Positions 9,597 to 17,889 of a stretch of 32,000 nucleotides of DNA are shown here, one piece after another (the stretch's first letter is position 1; each line of letters opens with the position of its first letter). Under the pieces are notes generated by a model. That model was not told where the DNA came from, searched no databases, and saw nothing but the letters and a program-made list of their open reading frames with translations. The DNA lies in contig NZ_JAYKGW010000067.1 in the NCBI RefSeq assembly GCF_035285525.1, positions 1 to 32,000 on the forward strand. Reading direction: 5' to 3'. Position numbers and translations under genes: made by a program. Source of the DNA: Okeania sp. Its GTDB lineage: Bacteria > Cyanobacteriota > Cyanobacteriia > Cyanobacteriales > Microcoleaceae.

Positions 9597-9955
9597 GGAA
9601 AAAAGTCTTTTGGCAAATCTTTCTATCCATCCTTTCTCTTTTTTCAGATATCTCTCAAAAATCCTGAGTCTGTTGTAACAATGAAATAGGAAAAAAGTCT
9701 TTTGGCAAATCTTTAAATCTTTCTATCCATCCTTTCTCTTTTTTCAGATATCTCTCAAAAGGTTGTAATAAAGAAATAGAAAAAAAGTCTTTTGGCAAAT
9801 CTTTCTATCTACCCTTTCTCTTTTTTCAGATATCTCTCAAAAATCCTAAGTCTGTTGTAATAAAGAAATAGAAAAAAAGTCTTTTGGCAAATCTTTCTAT
9901 CCATCCTTTCTCTTTTTTCAGATATCTCTCAAAAATCCTAAGTCTGTTGTAATAA
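9597..9955. repeat. Tandem array of about 3.9 copies of a 90-92-bp unit, immediately upstream of the TPR-GT2 gene
   Basis: The core gtcttttggcaaatcttt starts at 9605, 9697, 9787 and 9879. Units are nearly identical. Unit 2 carries a small duplication (atctttaaatcttt) and lacks atcctaagtct. Confidence 0.9.
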
Positions 9956-10502
9956 ATGTTGCCATAGTAGGGATGAGTTTGAATTTAGATTGACAAGTTT
10001 AATCATATAGCAAATTCCAGGTATATGAAGTACATATATTTAGAATTAAATCCATCTAGTGCCGGCATTTTGCCTACGACAGGTGTACCTCACCAAAGTC
10101 GAATCTGCTTTAATATAAAATCAACTTGTCTAAATACCTAATACACAAAACTATAGCCATAATAAATGATTTGTCAGAAAAATACAATGTAAGTATTCAG
10201 CTATTGTAAATAATAAAACAATTGAAAATTAGCCGAGCGCCAATTTTATTTCCTACGAAATGCTTCCCTATGGGATACTAAGCTTTCCGCAAACATAACT
10301 TTTAATTCTTTTGAGAAACTAATTTTTTTTGCTCTGATAATTAACTTAATAACTAAAAATCATAGCAATCCTAAAAGCGTCAACATTGGCGATGCATTAC
10401 ATCAACAAAGTTTTACCTTAGCCAAACGCCATATCCAATCGTTCAAGAGAAATAAACTCTTTCCTTTCAGTCAATCCTCTACCTTTTAGGAATAGGTAAT
10501 TA

Positions 10503-13469
10503 TCAATTATCTATAACTTTGAGAATTTGATTTAATGAATCTAAATTAACTAAAATATCCTCCACTAAAGAACTTTCATACATTATATTTCTCATCGGAT
10601 AACAACTAAATGTTTCACCAATTAAAAAGTAATGATCCAATCCTAATAATTGACTAATATGCCAATAATAGTATCTGAGATAGTGGGGTGAAAAAAGTTC
10701 AATTACTTTTGTCCCTGGATTACAGAATACTATATTTGTTAAACCACTTCCATGAGGAGCAACTATAATTTTCGCATGAGCAAAAGTAGCAATCTGATTT
10801 TCTAGGGACATTGACTCTGGAGCCACACAAGTAAAACCAAACTCTTCTAATATTTTTACCACCCCTTCTTCATTCATTATGCGCCGATACTTAGCATTAC
10901 CTCTACCTATATATATTCTTTCCGAAAAATTTGATTGGTTATTAGTTATACTTTTCCCAAAAACTTCCCTCAAGAATTTTAACCCCCAAGGTTGTAACCA
11001 TCCCAAATAACTAGGATAAGAGGGAACGACCAACTCTTCTGCTTGAATATAAGAATAGCGATCGCTTTCTAAAATCTTCTCTTCTTTGATGCCAAGACTT
11101 TTTAAAGTTTCCCGTTGAAAAGGATGTTTATAACTATTAACTACAAACCAATCAATCTCTTCTAGATTAATACCCAGGCGCAATATTTCTATTCTCGGTA
11201 ATAAGTCTACCATCCAATGAAAATAGATACTTCCTGACAATACCGATAATATTGCCACCTTACCATCTATTTTTTCTAGGGGTGGTAGTTCCTCATAGTC
11301 AAAAATGTGATATTGACTGGGGTCATGCTTTGTACATCCTGGTAATGGAGATGGATATTCCCTAGACAAATCTGCCAATAGATAATTATCTGGAGTCATA
11401 ACCGCAATACCATGACATAATCTCCAGTAATTTTTTTTGGGCATTATCCAAGCTCTTCCGGACTGTACTATAGCTATGAAGGTAGGATTCTGAGAAAGTT
11501 TCTGAAAGTAAGAAAATCCTGATATATCATCTTTTGCATCTTTTGTCAAGACTTCTTTAGTCCTCCCCTTCCCAAGAAGGTTCAAAGATTCAGTCTCCCC
11601 CTTCCCATCAGTCCCCCCCTTCCCATCAGTCCCCCCCTTCCCAAGGGGGGTGAGGGGGGATAAAATATCTTCCCCAAACTTATCCCGAATACCAATACGA
11701 TATATCCCTTGAGCAAAAGATTCAGGTTCAAACCACTGATAAATTTGCCTTAAACATTCAAAACAATTTAATCCTAGACATTCTAAATTTTTCTGCCTAT
11801 CTTCAACATCCACTTGAATAGGAGACTTAGAAACTTCTTCTATATATTCCGTCGGTAAATTTTCTAATTTTACCTCTATAAATCGTCCTTGATAACTCTC
11901 ACCATCAAATTTCTTAATCCAATCTTTTGTAGATAAATATAACCCCTCCAACTTTTGATAAGTTTGAAAACCATTATTTAAAATACTTGGAGCTAACTGT
12001 ACTTTTGCAGATAATACCTTACCAAAATAATCTATTGCTTCTTCCCATTTCCGTTGTTTTTCCAGAATTTTACCCAACTTAAAATAAACCCTTGCCGTCT
12101 CATCAACCATATTTTCACTAAGTAAAATTTGCAAAAGAATGTGATAATTAATAATCGCCGAATTTAACCGCCCTTCCTTAACCAAACTATTCCCTAACAA
12201 CCAATAAACCTCAGATGAACTTGGTTTAATTTGTAACGCCCTTTGATAAAAATCACTTGCACCTTCATAAAACTCATTTTCCATCAAAACATTGCCAAAA
12301 TTAACATAATATTCCCACAAAAATTGACCAACTTTTTCAGATTGTTGCTGATAACTTTCAGAATCACAATCTAACTTTTCCAACTCTTGAAAAAAATTAA
12401 AACGAGCTACTTTTGTCAAATACATTTCATCAGATACTACCTGCTTCCCATCTCCTAAACTTTCCTCCAATATCCGACAATAACCCTCAACAAATTGATG
12501 AGTCACTACATTTTTTAAATAAACCAAAGCAGATTTTATTTTTCCTATCGCCATCAAAGAAAAAGTACAATCACCATAAACCAATACATTATCCTGTTCC
12601 GCATCTTTTTCCCCCTTCAGTCTAATAACTTCCTCAAAAGATTTTACCGCTAATTCATGCTCCCCAATAATTTGTAATGCTTTACCCAAATTATAATGAG
12701 CCTTAATCAGATTAGGTTCCAACTCTATAGCACGGTGATAAACAGCGATCGCCTCCATCGGATTTTTATTTAATAAAGTAAAACCAAAATTATTATATAA
12801 ACTGCCTGAATCAGGTTTTAAAACTAAAGCCTGTCGATAAACTTCAGTAGCTTTTTCTGTTAGATTCAGATTCAGTAAAACCGCACCTAAACGATTATAT
12901 GCCTCTAACAACTTTGGCTTTATTTTTATTAGCTTCTCATAAACATCAACTGCGGCTTGATAATTTTTTTGCAACTCTAAAGCTTTACCTAAACCAAAAT
13001 AAGCTTTGACATAATTTGGTTTAATAATAATTGCATCTTTATATAATTTTACTGCTGATTCTAAATACCTAACTTGATAAAATATATTACCTAAATTATA
13101 ATATACTGTCGGCCACTTCAGTCCTAAATCAATCGCTTTTTGATATTGACTAGCTGCTTCATTCAACCATTTTTTCCGCCTATATAACTGACCTAAAAAA
13201 GCATGAACCTCTGCATATTTTGGTTTAATTTCCAGAGCTTTTGCATAAGCATACATAGCTTGCTCAAAATTATTTTCTGCATCGTAACTTTCCCCTAATA
13301 TTCTGTAAGCATCAGCAGAGTTTGGTTGTACTTCTAAAATTTCTTGGCAGGTTTTTATTGCTTGACTTAATTGACCTTCAGTCAAGTATGATTTTGCTAA
13401 TCTAAGATGTTTTTCTATTTTCATCTTTGATACTATTTGTAACAGTATTTTTTTATCTTGGCGCATCAA
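10503..13469 (-). CDS. TPR-repeat protein fused to a C-terminal GT61/DUF563-like glycosyltransferase domain
   Basis: 988-aa ORF. The N-terminal ~500 aa are TPR units. The C-terminus has the DUF563/GT61-type motif APHGSGLTNIVFCNPGTKVIELFSP. The start is uncertain: TTG 13469, ATG 13466, or the internal MKIEKH about 15 codons downstream. Confidence 0.8.
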   Translation of the reverse strand: MMRQDKKILLQIVSKMKIEKHLRLAKSYLTEGQLSQAIKTCQEILEVQPNSADAYRILGESYDAENNFEQAMYAYAKALEIKPKYAEVHAFLGQLYRRKKWLNEAASQYQKAIDLGLKWPTVYYNLGNIFYQVRYLESAVKLYKDAIIIKPNYVKAYFGLGKALELQKNYQAAVDVYEKLIKIKPKLLEAYNRLGAVLLNLNLTEKATEVYRQALVLKPDSGSLYNNFGFTLLNKNPMEAIAVYHRAIELEPNLIKAHYNLGKALQIIGEHELAVKSFEEVIRLKGEKDAEQDNVLVYGDCTFSLMAIGKIKSALVYLKNVVTHQFVEGYCRILEESLGDGKQVVSDEMYLTKVARFNFFQELEKLDCDSESYQQQSEKVGQFLWEYYVNFGNVLMENEFYEGASDFYQRALQIKPSSSEVYWLLGNSLVKEGRLNSAIINYHILLQILLSENMVDETARVYFKLGKILEKQRKWEEAIDYFGKVLSAKVQLAPSILNNGFQTYQKLEGLYLSTKDWIKKFDGESYQGRFIEVKLENLPTEYIEEVSKSPIQVDVEDRQKNLECLGLNCFECLRQIYQWFEPESFAQGIYRIGIRDKFGEDILSPLTPLGKGGTDGKGGTDGKGETESLNLLGKGRTKEVLTKDAKDDISGFSYFQKLSQNPTFIAIVQSGRAWIMPKKNYWRLCHGIAVMTPDNYLLADLSREYPSPLPGCTKHDPSQYHIFDYEELPPLEKIDGKVAILSVLSGSIYFHWMVDLLPRIEILRLGINLEEIDWFVVNSYKHPFQRETLKSLGIKEEKILESDRYSYIQAEELVVPSYPSYLGWLQPWGLKFLREVFGKSITNNQSNFSERIYIGRGNAKYRRIMNEEGVVKILEEFGFTCVAPESMSLENQIATFAHAKIIVAPHGSGLTNIVFCNPGTKVIELFSPHYLRYYYWHISQLLGLDHYFLIGETFSCYPMRNIMYESSLVEDILVNLDSLNQILKVIDN
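11561..11661. repeat. G/C-rich in-frame insert inside the TPR-GT61 CDS: three 18-bp tandem units flanked by CCCTTCCCAAG direct repeats
   Basis: Plus strand reads cagtctcccccttcccat / cagtcccccccttcccat / cagtcccccccttccca, then aggggggtgagggggg. It encodes GKGGTDGKGGTDGKGETE in the linker between the TPR and GT regions and contrasts sharply with the AT-rich surrounding gene. Confidence 0.8.
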
Positions 13470-13660
13470 GACTAAAACTGTGGTTTAGAAGCAAGCAACC
13501 TAGAATACCTCTCCCCCAACCCCTCTCCTCCCAGGATATCGGAGTTTTCTCGGGGGTTAGGTTTTGGCTCCCCACATTTTCAAACTTGATGCGCCACTAC
13601 ACTTATTGCTAAACTCTAAATTCTAAATTTGTAGTCTCCAGTTATCAACTGTATTTACCC

Positions 13661-13692
13661 AAATAAAATTCCCTCCTAAAGTGTAGGAGGGA
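13661..13692 (-). terminator. Putative rho-independent terminator of the RTX gene
   Basis: Perfect 9-bp stem tccctccta / taggaggga with a 5-nt loop (13670-13692). On the minus strand it is followed by a T-rich run (plus-strand aaataaaat, 13661-13669). It lies about 65 nt downstream of the stop at 13758. Confidence 0.55.
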
Positions 13693-13757
13693 GTCAATAT
13701 CTTCATATTTGGGCTATACCCATACTTCAAACCAGGTTTACTAACTAATAACTAGGG

Positions 13758-14669
13758 TTAGAAGATTTCAAAGTCACTAGCAGCTAATGTTTCAGGAGTA
13801 TTAGTTAATTCAGCAATCTTCACAGCATCCCCAGCACCAGTTGTTGGGTTGTAGTATATGGAACCATCAGTTGGGTCATAAACGATGGCTTGTGAAGCTG
13901 CATCGCCTCCATTAGCAGCAAAGTCTGAAATAACTGCAAACTGATCTGCTGATAGTGCATCACCTACAGTTCCAGTTATCGCAGTAAATGTACCACCCGC
14001 TGGAGCACTAACAGCTAGACCTATCTTATCATTACCAACACCAAAGTCCGTTAAGGTGTCAACTCCATAACTACCATCCTCATTGAAGTAGAAGAAGAAA
14101 GTATCGTCCCCAGAGCCACCTGTTAAAGTGTCATTACCTCTGGAACCAGAAACTAAGTCGTTGCCGGAGCCACCTATTAGACTATCATTACCTTTACCAC
14201 CATCAACGGTATCATCACCGGAACCACCATCAACGGTATCATTATCCCGATTACCATTTTGGTCATCGTTATTATTTCCACCAACTAATAGGTCATTACC
14301 TCTACCACCCAGGATAAAGTCGTCTCCATCGCCACCATCTACAGTGTCATCACCTTTACCACCATCAACGTCATCGTCTCCTGTACCTGCCTTGACGTTG
14401 TCATTTCCTCTACCACCTAAAACTACGTCATCACCACCACCAGCATCAACTACGTCATCACCACCACCAGCATCGACGTCGTCATTTCCTGTACCTGTTG
14501 CTATTGTGTCATTACCACTACCAGTTTTTACGTTGTCAGTACCAGTTGATCCTGCAATACGTTGGCTAGTATTATCGGCAGCTAATTCAAATGTGATTCC
14601 TCCATCAGGATTGGGCACGCCCGCATTAGTTTCGGTTCCTGGTGCAACTACCGTTGTTATGTTACTCAC
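13758..14669 (-). CDS. RTX / hemolysin-type calcium-binding repeat protein
   Basis: 303-aa ORF. About 15 consecutive GGxGxD nonapeptides (GTGNDDVDAGGGDDVVDAGGGDDVVLGGRGNDNVKAGTGDDDVDGGKGDDTVDGGDGDDFILGGRGND...). No signal peptide. Visibly more G+C-rich than its neighbours. Confidence 0.85.
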   Translation of the reverse strand: MSNITTVVAPGTETNAGVPNPDGGITFELAADNTSQRIAGSTGTDNVKTGSGNDTIATGTGNDDVDAGGGDDVVDAGGGDDVVLGGRGNDNVKAGTGDDDVDGGKGDDTVDGGDGDDFILGGRGNDLLVGGNNNDDQNGNRDNDTVDGGSGDDTVDGGKGNDSLIGGSGNDLVSGSRGNDTLTGGSGDDTFFFYFNEDGSYGVDTLTDFGVGNDKIGLAVSAPAGGTFTAITGTVGDALSADQFAVISDFAANGGDAASQAIVYDPTDGSIYYNPTTGAGDAVKIAELTNTPETLAASDFEIF

Positions 14670-15600
14670 TTGATTTACCTCGTTTTCTAGAATTTACTAT
14701 TGTTAATTTATATTAGACTTGCTCAGAGAGCAAATTTTTAGATTCTGTATAGATGACCTTTTTTGTTCACTTAATATCTATAGTTTATAGGCAAAACTTA
14801 ACCCTTGCTCACTTAGACATTACGGTGATAATTATTGTTCCCCTTTGTTGGAGACTTATTCTGATTAGATAATTATTTTTTGAGATATGTATGACAGTAA
14901 ATTTTCTGCTACAAGGGATACATTTTTTAGATACTTCTAATTAATGAACTATTTAGCCGTATTAATTGTCATAATAATCTTGAGTCCAAAACTATAGGGG
15001 AGTAATTTTTAGTATTAGTCTATCTACTAAAACTATATAACAACTTGTTCAAAGACTAGATATTAGTATAGTGCATTACATAAAATCAACTTTTTTAATT
15101 AATATTTAATTGCACTATGCCAAAATTATCAGGTTTTTAATTGAGTTGTTAACTGTTTTTGTACTTATACAAAAGTAAAGCATATTTGACTAGATTTTTA
15201 AAACTATCGTCAAGTTTATTTTTTTTGCACCACTTCATCCAAGTAAATTGGTATTTTATAAACTTTCAAAGGGTTTTAACAGTCTTTTTTGAACAATAAA
15301 TTCAATCACTTCACAGTCTAGCACAGTTTTATTAATTGTCAATTACCAAATTTACAAATTGATCTAATATTTTTTGGGGAACAAATCTTTAATTTACTCT
15401 GTCTTCTTTCTGTTATATAAATATTTCTTAAATCTATATTAATTAGAATTAACTTTAGTATTTATTATGCTTATAGTAATTCCCACTCTTATATTGCCAT
15501 AGCTCTAAAATGATGGTGCTATAACTCTTTTAAATAATGACTTTCAACTCCTAAAGACCTCTTTGGAAAATTAAGCATGAAAAAAATTTTGAAAATAGAC

Positions 15601-15630
15601 TTGCCATAATTACAAAACATCTGTTATGAT
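15601..15630 (+). promoter_or_regulatory. Candidate sigma70-type promoter for tRNA-Ser
   Basis: TTGCCA (15601-15606), an 18-nt spacer, then TATGAT (15625-15630), ending 17 nt before the mature tRNA 5' end. Pattern match only. Confidence 0.35.
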
Positions 15631-15647
15631 AAATATCTGTTACCCAA

Positions 15648-15737
15648 GGAGAGGTGGCTGAGTGGTCGAAAGCGGCTCACTGCTAATGAGTTGTACGGGA
15701 GAACCCCGTACCGAGGGTTCGAATCCCTCCCTCTCCG
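15648..15737 (+). tRNA. tRNA-Ser, anticodon GCU (class II, long variable arm)
   Basis: Acceptor GGAGAGG/CCTCTCC plus discriminator G. Anticodon loop CT-GCT-AA. Variable arm GTACGGG-AGAA-CCCCGTAC. T-arm GAGGG-TTCGAAT-CCCTC. CCA is not encoded. Confidence 0.95.
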
Positions 15738-15807
15738 TTATTTTCAGTTTTCAGTTATCAGCAGAAACTTGATATACTGAACTTATTTTTTATTCTCCTC
15801 AAACGAC

Positions 15808-16011
15808 GTAGGTTAGGTTGAGGAACGAAACCCAACCATATAATATAATATTAATTAAGACTTAAAAAAATGTAGGTTGGGTTGAGGAACGAAACCCAAC
15901 TATATAATATTAAGGCTTGAAAAAATGTAGATTAGGTTGAGGGACGAAACCCAACAATAACAATATTAATTAAGGCTTTGTTAGGTTGAACGATAGTGAA
16001 ACCTAACCTAC
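15808..16011. repeat. Four tandem hairpin repeats, family D (GTAGGTTGGGTTGAGGAACGAAACCCAAC), just downstream of tRNA-Ser
   Basis: 29-nt units start at 15808, 15872 and 15927; a diverged fourth is at 15980-16011. Each has a GTTGGGTT/AACCCAAC stem. The sequences between units are homologous AT-rich stretches (atataatattaattaag...). Confidence 0.85.
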
Positions 16012-16155
16012 ATCATTTCGCCGTGTCAGTCTAAATATAATCACCCCATCTCCTTAAAAAGAATTTAAGTCCTAATTTTATAGATAAATTTGCCCCCCAA
16101 TGATATAACCTACTATTTTAGGTGTGCCAATTAACTTGGCATCTTCATTTTTGGC

Positions 16156-17070
16156 TCACATTTTTTTGATTGCCTCTACAAACTTTTGGGAAATATAGGG
16201 TAGTATTTTCTCATTTCTACTAATCTCCTTGCCTTCTGTAAATAGAACTAAGAGATATGGGTAAAGGTCTGGTAGCTCTACATAAGAAAAACTATGACGT
16301 ATGTAAGTACCTATAGTTCCCATAGACCATACATTAGTATTTTCAGGAAAGCTCTCATTCAAGAAACCTGTAGTTACATCTTTTCCATCTCTTTGGCTAG
16401 GACTTCTTTTGAATAAACTCATCATTTTTTCTGAAGCTAGGGGAGATACCGCAATCCCACCAATAATACTATGTAATAAACGAGCTGTAGCATTAGTTGT
16501 GAGCATATTCCGATTCTCCATCAATAGTCCTTGAAAAATCTGTTCTCGACCATAAGGACCATCAAGCCATGTTTTTTGATTAACGTTAATAGACTTGAAC
16601 TCAGGCCATTTGAGAGATTGAAAATAACGGTTGACAAAATTACGTTGATATTTCCAAGTTTGAAAAGGTCCCAGTGATAATTCTGGTCCACTGGTAGTTC
16701 CGGTCAATACATCCACAACTAGACCAGTCGCATCGTGATTCACAGAAAGGATCATATCTTGAATTGCTCTTTCTAGCTCTGGTGAAGTTTTGACCATTCC
16801 TTTTTCTAGCCACTCATAAATAGCTACTAAATAGAATAAGTGGACTATCTTTCCCGGATATATTCGTTCATCACCATGCTCGCTCCAACCCCGAACTTGT
16901 GTTTGCCAAAATTCTGTGGCATTTTGAATATTTCTGGTTATTGGTGAATCATATACTAACCAAGTTATAGCTATTTGTTCAGAATTAACTTCTGAAAATT
17001 CTAACTTGGTTGTTTCTATAATCTCTTTAGCGATGATATTTAGTTGTTCATCTTTATCAAAGAATGTCAT
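16156..17070 (-). CDS. Class A beta-lactamase-fold (serine-hydrolase-like) protein, apparently lacking the SxxK nucleophile
   Basis: 304-aa ORF. By-eye resemblance to the class-A-like family: YPGKIVHLFYLVAIYEWLEKG (SxxK helix position), MILSVNHDATGLVVDVL (SDN-loop position), MLTTNATARLLHSIIGG. Not verified by a search. Confidence 0.45.
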   Translation of the reverse strand: MTFFDKDEQLNIIAKEIIETTKLEFSEVNSEQIAITWLVYDSPITRNIQNATEFWQTQVRGWSEHGDERIYPGKIVHLFYLVAIYEWLEKGMVKTSPELERAIQDMILSVNHDATGLVVDVLTGTTSGPELSLGPFQTWKYQRNFVNRYFQSLKWPEFKSINVNQKTWLDGPYGREQIFQGLLMENRNMLTTNATARLLHSIIGGIAVSPLASEKMMSLFKRSPSQRDGKDVTTGFLNESFPENTNVWSMGTIGTYIRHSFSYVELPDLYPYLLVLFTEGKEISRNEKILPYISQKFVEAIKKM

Positions 17071-17298
17071 TTCAGTTATCAGTATCTCTTGTAATTAGGA
17101 AAGTGAGAAAATCAATACTTTTATCTCTGTTAAGTTAGCGTTAAAAATTTGTTTACTTTATTACTATTAAACCGTAATGTAATATTAATAAGCTGTTAAG
17201 CATTTAAACCACATTAACAGAATTACCTTTATTTTTAACTTTGGGATTTCATTGAATAACAATTTTTCCTTCATTTCAGAGTATATGTAACCAAAACT

Positions 17299-17429
17299 CT
17301 AACTGTTCAATTGATTTAAAAAAAACGATGAGCAATATATTCTTTAGCTGAATGCCAAACCAGTTCAATTAAGCTTTAATCTGGACTATATTCAAGCAAA
17401 AACTCTAAATCAATGTTCGGCATTTCTGT
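17299..17429 (-). pseudogene. Relic of an IS630/Tc1-mariner-family transposase C-terminus
   Basis: Minus-strand translation: NIDLEFLLEYSPD*SLIELVWHSAKEYIAHRFFLNQLNS*. This matches the family-typical ...LPxYSPxLNxIExxW... motif with an in-frame TAA. No upstream catalytic region is present. Confidence 0.5.
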
Positions 17430-17889
17430 TTATTTTTTTAATCCTACTATACTGACACAGCTAATTTAGTATGTTAAATTCGGGGGTTGGTTTATTCTAT
17501 CTAATAGTTAAACTCGTTAATTTAAAGTCCTGGGGACGAATGGCCGTTTGCTCCTACAGAAGTCAGAATGAATGGCTTTAATACAGCCCTTTCCGTTGTT
17601 ATAAGGTACAAAATTTTAGGTTTGAGGGAACAGGGAACACAGAAGGTGGGAACAGAAAAGAAAAAAAGTAACAATACCTCATAGCTTCGGAAACTGCTGT
17701 ATAATTAAAAACTTTTTCTTTTCGATTCCGCACTACTAACTGGATAAATATTTTTCCTTATTGTCTATCTTACTGGTCATCTTGCCCTAATCTCTAATCC
17801 CTACTTTCTCGTAAATTAGCAAATTTTTACAATTTGTTACAAAATAATAAGAATAATAGAAATTAAGATTGATCAGGGTAACTTAAATT

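Noticed and set aside
9597-9955. Possible CRISPR or coding repeat
   Set aside because: The units are contiguous 90-92-bp copies with no unique spacers, and no ORF spans them. Treated as a non-coding tandem repeat.
12413-13612. ORFs 12413-12625 (+) and 13427-13612 (+)
   Set aside because: The first is antisense within the TPR-GT61 CDS. The second spans the G/C-rich repeat element upstream of it. Neither has recognisable features.
14128-14673. 181-aa plus-strand ORF (SSPPPAST-rich) antisense to the RTX gene
   Set aside because: It is a low-complexity mirror of the GGxGxD-encoding repeats on the opposite strand. The minus-strand RTX reading is the recognisable one.
15808-16011. CRISPR-like appearance: 29-nt repeats with 26-35-nt intervening segments, next to a tRNA
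   Set aside because: The intervening segments are homologous to each other (atataatattaattaag... variants), so this is a plain tandem repeat of a ~55-64-bp unit. There are only 3-4 copies, the repeats diverge, and there are no cas genes.
17810-17889. Possible NtcA-type (GTA-N8-TAC) or other regulator site upstream of the MFS gene
   Set aside because: I found no exact GTA-N8-TAC. The gta/tac strings present are at the wrong spacing.
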